Shown: positions 38,641 through 49,868 of the stretch, piece by piece
Numbering within the stretch: position 1 is the stretch's first letter
Layout of the letters: the number at the start of each line of letters is the position of its first letter
Source of the DNA: the human T2T-CHM13v2.0 reference genome, Homo sapiens
Direction: 5' to 3' (one strand)
DNA: 64,000 nucleotides
NCBI RefSeq assembly: GCF_009914755.1
Contig: NC_060947.1
Program-made: the position numbers and the translations under genes
Notes under the pieces: generated by a model
The model's database searches: none
Seen by the model: only the letters and a program-made list of their open reading frames with translations
What the model was told of the DNA's origin: nothing

Positions 38641-40150
38641 GACTCAGAGTTTTTAATATAAAACCTTGCTAATCTAAATCCATCTTCAAATAACACTATA
38701 ATAACTTCAAGTGTAGTGCAGATTACATTTAAGAAAGCACTCCTAATTTCCACCTTATGTCTCTGATTACATCGCTTAATTTATTTACCTTATCTATATG
38801 ATGTAATCATCTCATACCTTCTTACTATTATTACTTTAAGCTTTGATCTTTTAGTCCAATTAATAGAAATGAATTATTTCATTTTACCTTTATTTATTCT
38901 GCTCTGTTGCTTTTTCTTTATTTATGAATGACCTATCTATAATTTTTTTCTATATAAATAATATATTTTAACATTCCTTTAATGGCCTGTAGGCTGTTAA
39001 TGCTTCTTCCCCTCAGTTTTTTAAAAATATTTTTGTTTTTATTTCAATTTCTGAAGAATAATTTATCTGGATATCAATTTCTTTGTCTCTGATTTTTTTC
39101 AACACTTTAACACTTCCCAATCCTCTTGCTTGTATGGCTTTCGATGAGAAGATAACTGCAGTTCTTTTATCTTTATTCTATAGGTAAGTTTTCCTCTTTC
39201 CAGCTTCTTTAAGACCTTGTCTTTGGTTTTCTGCAATTTTCATAGGATATACCTAGGTGTGCATATTTTGATATTTATACTTCTTGGTGTTCTGTAAGTT
39301 TCTTGGATCTGTAGTTTGACGTGTGTCATTAATTTTGGAAACTACTTGGCCATTGTTACCTCAAATACTTCTGCCGTTCTCTTTTTTCTTTATTTTTCTC
39401 TGGTATTGGTATCTGGCATTTTATGTATGGTATACTTATTGAAAATTTACCACAGTTGTCGAATGTTCTCTTTTTATTATTTTTATACTGTTTTTCTTTG
39501 CATTTCTGTTGGGAATTTTCTATTTACTTGTCTTTGAAATTATTTATTCTCTCCTCAGCCTTACTCAGGTCACAAATGAGTGCCAGAAATCATTCTTTAT
39601 TTTTGCTATTTTGGTTTTGATTTCTATAATTTTCTTTTTATTCTTTTTCTTTAGAATTACATTCTCTTGTCTTTTGTTACTCAGCTGTTCATGCATATTT
39701 TCTAATTCTTCAATTGGAGCTATTAATTTATTTATCATCGTTATTTTAAATTCCCTGCCTGATAATTATAAAATCTTTGTTACAGATGAGGCTGGTTATG
39801 ATGCTTTTATTTGTCTCCATGTTTCTATTTGTCTTTTAAGATGCCTTGCAATTTTTTTTGATAATTGCATATCATGTATCAGGTAATAGAATAAGATAAA
39901 TAGATTTTTAATGTGAGGTTTTATGGTAATACAGATAGCAGTTGGCCTGTGTTTGATATTTGCTATAGCTATATGTGCCAGATTCTTTAAATTTTTCTAG
40001 TGTTCTCATTTTTATCTGCTTTTTTGTTTTTGGTCTTCCCTGAGAACTCTTAGATTCTGTGTCTTGCAGCAGTTTCTGTTGTAATGTATTTTATTCTTAT
40101 TGTCTTTCTGTTCATTTTTGCTTTATGTATTTTAAAGCTCTGCTTTTAAA
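38640..40150 (-). mobile_element. Ancient L1M (MC/MD/ME-type) fragment
   Basis: T-rich with L1M antisense phrases (ttcttggatctgtagtttga, attttggaaactacttggccattg). Confidence 0.55.
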
Positions 40151-40154
40151 TATA

Positions 40155-40610
40155 ATTATGGGTTGAATCGCATTTCTTCCAAAATTCACGTGTTGAAATC
40201 CTTTCAGAAACACAGAAATGATTTTACTTGGATATCAGGCCATTCCAGTTGTAGTTAATTAAGATAAAGTCATTAAGACGGGTCCTAATTTAACATGACT
40301 GGTATTTTTTATAAATAGAGAGTTTTGTCACAGAAACAGAGACACAGAGAGAATGTCATGTAATAATGAAGGTAAAGATAAAGGTGATGCAGCAGAAGCC
40401 AAGGAAAATCAAACGTTGTCAGCAAACCACCAGAAGCTAGGGGAGATGCAGAGAATAAATTCTCCTTCACAGTATTCAGAAGAATCAAATTCTGCTGACA
40501 CTATGATCTTGAATTTCTAGCCTTCAGAACTATGACATAATACATTTCTATTTCTTAAACCATTTAGGTTTTGATACTTTGTTATAGCTATCCTAAAAAA
40601 ACTAACACAA
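40155..40610 (+). mobile_element. MLT1 (B/C-like) solo LTR
   Basis: tatgggttgaatcg...gcaaaccaccagaagctagg...tagccttcagaactatga...actaacaca. Confidence 0.8.
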
Positions 40611-40637
40611 ATAACTCCTATTTATGATAATGTCTTC

Positions 40638-40822
40638 TTTTTTAAATTTTAATTTTAGGTTTTGGGGTACATGTGAAGGTTTGTTACATAGGTAAACACA
40701 TGTCATAGGAGTTTGTTGTACACATTATTAAATACCCAGATATTAAGCGCAGTACCCAATAGTTCTCTTCTTCTCCTCTCCCTCTTCCCAGCACTCCCTC
40801 AAGTAGACTCCAGTGTCTGTTG
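40638..40822 (-). mobile_element. Short L1 3'-end fragment
   Basis: Poly-T then ggggtacatgtgaaggtttgttacataggtaaac. Confidence 0.85.
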
Positions 40823-40827
40823 AGACA

Positions 40828-40896
40828 GGCATTTTACAACATCAAAAAGAAGACTTAGCAAACAAATGATAAGTATTTTTGATGTTGTAAAATGCC
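40828..40896. repeat. Perfect 21-bp inverted repeat with a 27-nt spacer
   Basis: ggcattttacaacatcaaaaa (40828-40848) and tttttgatgttgtaaaatgcc (40876-40896). Confidence 0.95.
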
Positions 40897-41880
40897 CCTT
40901 TTCATTTATCATAACACTTTTATCTTGAAGTATACATTTTATAAAATTAATATAGACAACCTAGCGTTTTCGTGCTTAAAGTTTCATTATAGATCCTTTT
41001 AATCTTTTTATTCTTGATCTGTTTTTTTCATTGTAAAAGTGGGTTTCTTGTAGACAGCATAAATTTTATCTTTTTCTATTAAAACCAGAGGTCCTAAGAC
41101 TAGAATACCTCGGCTTTTAATAGAAATATTAGAAAATTTATATTTATTGTAGTTATTGATATAATTATTTTGTCTACATGTTCATCTATTATTTTATTTC
41201 TTTACTTTTTCTTGCTTACATTATTTAAGATGAATTAAATATTTATTATTAATTCCCTTCATTCCTTCTATCAACATTTTGTTTTGCCTCCATGTTTTTA
41301 GTGACTTCTCCAGAAATCACAATGTGAGTTTTCTATTTATGATAGCTTACTATCAGGTACATCAAAACACTTCACAACATGAAAACTTAGAACAGTATAA
41401 TTCTATATGCTCCTTGCATTCCTGTCTAAATCTACTTTCCCATTTATTTTTGTATGAAACAGTTGTTAACAAATTTATACTCTCACATATTTACACTTTC
41501 TAGTGCTAATAATTGTTTTCTTCAGATATAAGCTTGCATCTAATGTTTGTTTTCATGGATACTGCAAAACTTCTCTTAGAATTTTTTCAAATGCTGGCCT
41601 GATGGCTAAGCATTCTCTCAGTATTAGCTTACCTTAAAATGTTTTATTTTATTATTATTTTGATTATTATGTAGAATTTTAGAGGGGCAATTTTCTTTTC
41701 AACACTTTAGAGATGTTATTTTATTGTATTCTGACCTTCATTATTTCTGATGATAAATCAGTTCTCATTCTTACCATTGCTTTCTTCAATGTACATGTTT
41801 TTTTTTCTGACTACATTTAACATTTTATCTTTACTTGCTTCATTGTATAGAACCATATTTTAAAAATATCTTGGTGTTTT
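40897..41880 (-). mobile_element. Ancient L1M fragment
   Basis: gtgggtttcttgtagacagcata, ttattgtattctgaccttcattatttctgatgataaatca. Confidence 0.55.
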
Positions 41881-42100
41881 ACATTTTATTGATAAGAAAT
41901 ATTCCCTTTTTACAAAAGCCTATTTTTCTCTTACTAGTACTATTAAAGTAGTAGTTATATAAATTAAAGAAAAAAATTCATACTGTGACTTAGACTGAAG
42001 AACTACAAAACTCTTTAAAAGTTAAAGTCAAATGGATGAAGAAACTACCCAATTCACGCTCAGATTCTCACCTGTAATTTTTTATTAAAAACTAAGTATG

Positions 42101-42404
42101 GGCCGGGCGCGGTGGCTCACGCCTGTAATCCTATCACTTTGAGAAGCCAAGGCGGGCGGATCATGAGGTCGGGAGTTTGAGACAAGCCTAGCCAACACAG
42201 TGAAACCCCGTCTCTACTAAAAAATATAAAAATTAGCTGGGCGTGGTGGCAGGTACCTGTAATCCCAGCTACTCAGGAGGCTGAGGCAGGAAAATCGCTT
42301 GAACCCAGGAGGCGAGGTTGCAGTGAGCCAAGATCGCGCCACTGTACTCCAGCCTGGGCAACAGGACTAGGCTCCGTCTCAAAACAAACAAACAAACAAA
42401 AAAA
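42101..42404 (+). mobile_element. AluS
   Basis: Full dimer; TSD aactaagtatg; (AAAC)n tail. Confidence 0.94.
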
Positions 42405-43274
42405 CCAACTAAGTATGGTCACACTGTAAATCATTCTGTCCTCCACTTCCACATCACTTCCTAACCTAAACTGTATAAACATGTGAGAGTACATTTTAAA
42501 ATTTGGATTTAGTAATAGCTTATATATTGCATTTCCAGAGAGTTAGGTATAGAAAGTTACATCCTTAAAATATATAAAATATGTTTCTAATTATATTTGA
42601 GCAAATGTCCCCAGATTTAATTAAAATCAAGTTATATAAAGAGGAACAAATATTAATGCAATGGCAGGTTTTTCAAGCCAAATCAGCATCACTAACTTGA
42701 ACATAAGTGGAAAGAGTACTCAGCATTTTTCGCTGATTCAGGTAATTTTTTACTTATATCTAAGGACCATAAATTTTATGCATTACAGTTATATTTGCAT
42801 CATAAAAAAAGCTAAAAATATTTTTCTTGTAGTATTTTTCCTCATCATATTATTACAGTTAATATTTCAACTTATAGAAAAATATCTTCAACGTAGTAGA
42901 TATAATGATAGACTTAGGACATAGGTTTAAGTCCAAATAATGTGTGAAAAACTGTGTGAGGTGAAGGCTGGGTTTACAATATCATTTAATGCATTTCTCA
43001 TTTGTGGTTTTATTTTCCTTGAAGACATTGAGATTTTGCAACTATGAATATAGATTTGACTTTAATAATTGGACTAGTAATAACAGGATAATACGTGCAT
43101 AATGATAATTTACTGAGAACAAATAAACTTTAGCTTTTCCAATGTACATCCTAATATGAAGCATTTTTCTCTACTTCTATTCTCATTCCTTCATCTGGGT
43201 AAAAAGTAGTCATCCTTCTGATCTCAGTTTAAATATACCTTCTTCTGGAATGTCTTCTGAGGTCATAAGATTAA

Positions 43275-43810
43275 CAAGTGCCCAAAGATTTCCATGGCCT
43301 AATTTTCAGAACCTGTGAATTTATTGTTATGTGGCAAAGAAACTTTTGAAAGTATAATTGAAGTTGTGGGCCTTAAACTAGGGAGAATTTCTTTGATTAT
43401 TGAAGTGGAACCTATCTAATCACTTGGAACCTTAAAAGCAGAAGAGGAAGCAGGAAAGTTGTGTCAGCAGGAGAAAAATTGCTGTTTATGCTTCTGAAAT
43501 TTATGTGTTATGTGTAAGGACTGAAGAAAATTCTATAAAAACTAAGAACAGCCTCCAGCTGACAGTGAGCAAAGAAATGGGGATCTTAGTCCTAAAATGA
43601 CATGAAGCTGAACTCTACTAAAAATATAAATAAGCCAGGAAGCAGATATTTTCCAGGAGTCTCCAGTAAAGAACACTGTTTTGCTGATTTTTAGTCCAGT
43701 GATACCTATGCCAGACTTCTAACCTACAGAACTGTGGGATAATAAATGAATATTATTTTTAGCCATTAAGTTTCTGGTAATTTGTTATTATGGCAAAGGG
43801 GAATAAACAC
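43275..43810 (+). mobile_element. MLT1D/E-like LTR
   Basis: cccaaagat...aacctgtgaat...ggcaaagaaac...gacttctaacctacagaactgtgggataataaat. Confidence 0.7.
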
Positions 43811-44220
43811 GCGTTCCATAACCTCTATTACATAATTGGAAGCTGAACCTTCCTGCAAATAGTGGGTGAGAAATTTAGACCTACTGCCAAAAGCCATTTA
43901 AGTAAGCCACTTCCACTGAAGTGGATCCTCCAGCAACATGTTACTTCATCTCAAGCTTTAAGATGACCTCAGCCACAGCTGACATCTTAACTGCAACTTT
44001 ATGAGAGACCCTGAGCAAAAACCACCCAGGTAAGTCACTCTCAAATTCCTGATCCACAATAACTGTGGGATAATAAGTGCTTAGTATTTAAATCTGCTAT
44101 ATTTTGAGAAAATTTATTACGCAGCAAAAGAAAACTAATACAAATTTTAATACCCCAAATTGGAGTAATGCCATATAAAATACATATAAATGCGAGAATA
44201 GCTTTAGAACTGGGCAGTGA

Positions 44221-45456
44221 TTTCCATGTATTTGCATGGTTTTGAGGGTTCCTTTTGAAGTTGATTTCCAATTTTTTCCACTGTAGTCTGAGAGAGTACT
44301 TGATATGATTTTGATTTTCTTAAATTTGTTGAGACCTGTGTTGTGGCCTATCATATGGTCTATATTGGAGAATGTTCCATGTGCTGATGAATAGAATGTA
44401 TGTTCTATAGTTGTTGGGTAAAATGCTCTGTAAATGTCTGTTAAGCCCATTTAATCTAGGGTGTAGTTTAAGTCCATTGTTGTTTGGTTGAATTTCTGTG
44501 TTACTGACCTATCTAGTATTGTCAGTGGAGTATTGCAGTCCCCCACTATTATTGTGTTGCTGTCTATCTCATTTCTTAGATGTAGTAGTAATTGTTTAAT
44601 AAATTTGAGACCTCCAGTGTTAGTTGCATATATATTTGGAATTGTGATATTTTCCTGTTGTACTAGTCTTTTTTTTTTTATCATTATGTAATGTCCCTCT
44701 TTGTCTTTTTAAATTGCTGTTGCTTTGAAGTTTTTTTGTCTGATATAAGAATTGCTACTCCTTCTTGCTTTTGGTGTCCATTTGCATGAAATATCTTTGG
44801 TAGTATAGGGCGGATATAAGCTGGCTCTAGGGTCAGGCAGTGGGCAGGCCATGGAGCTTCCAAGAATTATGTCTTTTGTCTTTGGCCACGAGGGAGGGTA
44901 GAGAAAGACCATGAAAGACCATTTGGTGGGGATAGGGTTAGGCATGTCTGAGCCCAGACTGTCCTTGGGCAGGGCTTGCTGTGGCTGCTGTGGGACATGA
45001 GGGTGCGGCTTTCAGGCCAATGGAGTTATGTTCCCAGGGGGATTATGGCTGCCTATGCTGCATCACACAGGTCTTCAAGGAAGTGGGGGAAACCTGGCAG
45101 CCACAGGCCTCACCCAGCTCTCACGCAGCTCACAGCCCAAAAGACTGGTCTCATTCCCACTGTGCCCTCCCAACAGCACTGAGCTAATTTCCAGGCATCC
45201 AGTGAGCAGGGCTGAGAACGTAGCCTAGGCTACAAGCCTCCCAGCTGAGAAAGCAAGCAAATTCACAGTTCCCTGGCTGTCCCATGGACCCTTCAATGGC
45301 AGTGCACCTCCTTCAAAAAAATCTGTGGATTCTCTCAGCTTTCCTGGTATGTTCCCGTAGTAATTCTTTGAGCAAAAGTACATGATGTGTGTCTCCACAA
45401 GCGGTTCTGTCCATCCAAGTGGGAGCTGCAAGTTGGTCTTGCCTCTTATCTGCCAT
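44221..45456 (-). mobile_element. L1PB inverted 5' segment (EN region 44221-44797 and 5'UTR 44798-45456)
   Basis: EN frames LTDIYRAFYPTT..HGTFSNIDHMIGH and ITIPNIYATN..IIVGDCNTPL; 5' end minus atggcagataagaggc. Confidence 0.85.
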
Positions 45457-46792
45457 AAATAATCTGATCCTGAATGACTGTTGCATCACCAATTAAATAA
45501 AGATGGAAATTTAAAAATTATTTGAACTGAACAATATTAATGACACAACCTATTGAAACCTCTCAGATATGGCCAAGGTGGTGCTAACAAGGAAATTTAT
45601 AACATATAATGCCTACACCAAAAAGCCTGAAAAAGCACAAATAAATGATTTAAAGTCACATCTCCAAAAGCTAGAGAAACAAGAACAAACCAAACCCAAA
45701 CCCAGCAGAAGAAAAGAAATAACCAAGAACACAGCAGAACTAAATAAAGTTGAAACAACAAGAAAGAATGCAAAAGATAAATGAAACAAAAAGCTGTTTT
45801 TTTGAAGAGATAAATCAAACTGATAGACCATTAGTGAGATTAACTGAGAAAAGAAGGGAGGAACTCCAAATAAGATCACTTAGTAATGAAACGGGAGATA
45901 TCACAACCAATACCATAGAAATACAAAAGGTTATTCAAGGCTAATATGAACACCTTTATGTGCATAAACTAAAAAACCTAGAGGAAAGATGGGGTAATTC
46001 CTGGAAATGAACAACTCTCCTAGATTAAACCAGGAAGAAATAAAAACTCTGAACAGACCAATAACAAGCAGCAAGATTAAAATGGTAATTAAACAGTTAC
46101 TAACAAACAAAAGACCAGGACCAGACAGACTCACAGTTGAATTCTATCAGACATTCAAAGAAGAATTGGTACAATTTTACTGACACTATTCTAAAAGATA
46201 GAGAAAGAGGGAATCCTCCCTAAATCATTGTAGGAAGCCAGTGTCACCCTAATAGCAAAACCACAAAAGGACATAACAAAATAAGAAAACTATAGACCAA
46301 TATTCCTGATGAACATACATGCAAAATTCCTCAACAAAGTACTAGTGAACTGAATCCAACAGCATATCAAAAAGAAAATATACAAATGGCAAACAAACGT
46401 GAAAAAATGCTCAACATCACTAATGATTTGGGAAATTCAAATCAAAACCACAATGCAATACCACCTTACTCCTGAAAAAAAATGGCAATAATTAAAAAAT
46501 AATAGATGTTGGCATGGATGTGGTGAAAAGGGAACACTTTTACACTGCTGGTAGGAATGTAAACAATTAAAATCAATATGGAAAACAGTGTGGAGATTCC
46601 TTAAATACCTAAAAGTAGATCCATCATTTGACACAGCAATCCTACTACTAGGTACCTACCCAAAGAAAAAGAAGTCATTATACGAAGAAGATACTCACAC
46701 ACATATATTTAAAGCAGCAAAATTTGCAATTGCAAAAATATAGAACCAGCCCAAATGCCCATCAATCAATGAGTGGTTAAAGAGAATGTGAG

Positions 46793-46856
<64 letters not shown>

Positions 46857-47358
46857 CACACATATATGTATATTATATACACACATATATATACACATAT
46901 ATATGTGTATATTACATGAACCATAGGAAGTGTCATTATATGGTGGGTGTGTGTGTATATATATACACACACACACCCACCATGGAATACTACTCAGTGC
47001 TCAGCCATAACAAAGAACACAATAATTGCATTCACAGTAACCTTGATGGATTTGAAGCCCATTATTCTAAGGGCAGTAACTCAGAAATGGAAAACCAAAT
47101 ATTGTACATTCTCACTTACAAGTGGGAGCTAACCCATGAGGACAGAAAGGCATAAGAGTAATATAATGGACTCTGGGGACTTGGGAGAAAGGGTGGGAGC
47201 AGTGTGTGGAATAAAATACTACACGCTGGGTACAGTGTACACTGCTCTGTTGATGGGTGCACCAAAATCTCAGAAATCATCACCTAAAAACTTATCCAGG
47301 TAATGAAACACCAAATGTGCTACAAAAACCCATTGAAATAAATTTAAAAAAATAATAA
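45457..47358 (+). mobile_element. L1PB direct segment (ORF2 with a large internal deletion near 46375, 3'UTR, A-tail)
   Basis: ORF2 frames 45569-45944; L1PB1/2-type 3' end gggtacagtgtacactgctc...gggtgcaccaaaatctcagaaatca. Confidence 0.88.
46799..46849. repeat. (AT)n microsatellite with degenerate AT/AC flanks
   Basis: About 25 AT units. Confidence 0.95.
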
Positions 47359-47359
47359 T

Positions 47360-47570
47360 CACCAACAGCTAACACTTATTACAAGGCTCCAGGCAGTTTC
47401 AAAATCCTTTATATTTCATGTTCGCTACTACCTTAGGATATAGGTACTGCAATGCAGAGTCCTGGGCACAGAGAAGTTAGGAACTTGCTCAAGGACAACT
47501 TGCAAGACAGAGCACTGTGATATGAACTCAGAGGATCTGACTCCAGTGCCCAATTCTCAACCACTATTAA
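47360..47570 (-). mobile_element. MIR fragment
   Basis: acagctaacacttatt...ggcacagagaagttaggaacttgctcaagg...gatctgactccag. Confidence 0.7.
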
Positions 47571-47965
47571 TTAAAAGGGAATCAAAGAGAAATTAAGTCA
47601 CAATAAAAAGAAAATAACTGTGTAGTGAGTGGAAAGGGAATAGGAGAGTATTAGTGAAATAGGAGAGTATTAGTGAAAGTATAAAGAATTCTAAAGAGGT
47701 TTTTAGAAGCCTGGTGGCCTTTAGAGAGGCTATCAGAGAGTATTTGCAAAAGCTGTGAAGTAAATGTAATTAGAAGCTGGAGAAAAAGATACCATTGTTT
47801 CATAGAGATTGAAAGTTTAGCAAGAATGTTACCAGCAATAATTTTCAAAGCATAAAATTCAAGTAATAAACCGGTGATTTAGCTAAAGAGATTTCCTGAG
47901 AAAAGTGTTGAAGGTACTCCTAGTTACTTCTTGCCTTTTGTATTATTTTAGGAGAAAGTTAAGCT

Positions 47966-48392
<427 letters not shown>

Positions 48393-49419
48393 AAATCATT
48401 GAAGAAAGAGCTTTTAAGCAAAGCAGAGCCAATAGTTGTTGGTTTTGAAAGTTCCTAGCCTCTTTAGATATTAAAAAGTGATAACATTATAGAATGGCTT
48501 CTAAGAAAACATCACACTTAAGAAAATATAATCTAAAAATGAAGCCAAAGGTAAATCTGTAAAATCTTATGTTAAGACCTAGGAAGGTGGTGCTTCACAT
48601 AGAAATTCAATTAAATAATATGGCTTCTAAGATATTCAAAGATGTTGTCCCTCAGTACACTCAATGGAAGCCCAAGGTAGACAACGTTTTAGTTTTTTTT
48701 AAAAAAAATTAAGTGTGACTTTTTTCTACTGTGACAAGTCCCAATAAGATTCAAAGAATACCCCAGGCTGAAGATAAATTAGGTTGGCAGAAATTCTGCA
48801 AGCTTGGACTAAAAAAAAAAAGAGAAACAACACATGAAGAAATGATGGCTTTGACCCTAAAATTCTACCAGGAGAATGAGGCTGATTAAACTATGTAACT
48901 GAAAACAAATGCTGCATTTAGCATCAAAAGTAGAATGAGACAGAGAGGAGTTAAACATTACTTATAATTACTCTTGGGATGAAGTAAGACTGAGTCCTAA
49001 TGAAAGACCTTACAATATGTGCCTGGATGAATTTAAGAGTTTCTGTGGAAAAGGGACTTTTTTCTGCTTCCCAATTTTTTTCCTTTTAAAACAAAGTGGT
49101 TTAGAGATGTTATGTTATGTCTATGCCACTATTGCATATAGACTATGTTGGCAAGATAACTGTCTCTTTAGTAAACAGACGTATAAGCAGAAACTACATT
49201 TGAGGAGCTATAAATAGAAACTAAACTTTGGAAGCCTCATTCATATCTGGATCCCCTTTAGGTACCAGAATTCTAAATTTCAAGCAAATTATGTAAAGGA
49301 ATGAGATGTTTTGGGTGGTGGTGGAGACTTCAGAAAGAGTAAATGTATTTTGCACGTGAAAAAAAATGTAAATAACTTGGAGCCAGAGGGTACGCTGTGG
49401 ATTTTGAGTATGTTCAAAA

Positions 49420-49640
49420 CAATAATGACTAATAATTATAACTAACTTTAACTGACTGTTTCAAAAGTACCAGGTATTTTGCATGTATTATTGTATTTAA
49501 ACTGCCCACAGTGAAATAGGTACATTGATTATATGCATTATACGGATGAAGAAAGTGATGGTAAATGATTTGTTCAAGTAACTATCAGTAAAAGAGAACC
49601 CATATTTATTTAAAATCAAGGCCCATTTTCTTAATCATTT
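49420..49640 (-). mobile_element. MIR fragment
   Basis: cggatgaagaaagtga...gtaaatgatttgttcaag. Confidence 0.55.
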
Positions 49641-49868
49641 ACCCACTTTTACATATGACCTTTATTTGTTGAAGCACTTTTCCTAGATCTGTAGGTTGTT
49701 GAGTGATATTATAAAAGGATATTGAATTTTGTCAAATAACTTTTGCATTAAAACGGTAATGTGCTTTTCTTCATTCTGTAATGTGGCATATAAGAATGAC
49801 TGATTTTCATTTATTGAAACATTCATGCATTCCAGAAATAAATACCACTTGGTCATATTGTATGATAT

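Noticed and set aside
42420-43270. Longest stretch without an obvious repeat; possible exon or enhancer
   Set aside because: Very AT-rich with no coding signal; probably holds decayed MIR/L2 remnants; nothing supportable from sequence alone
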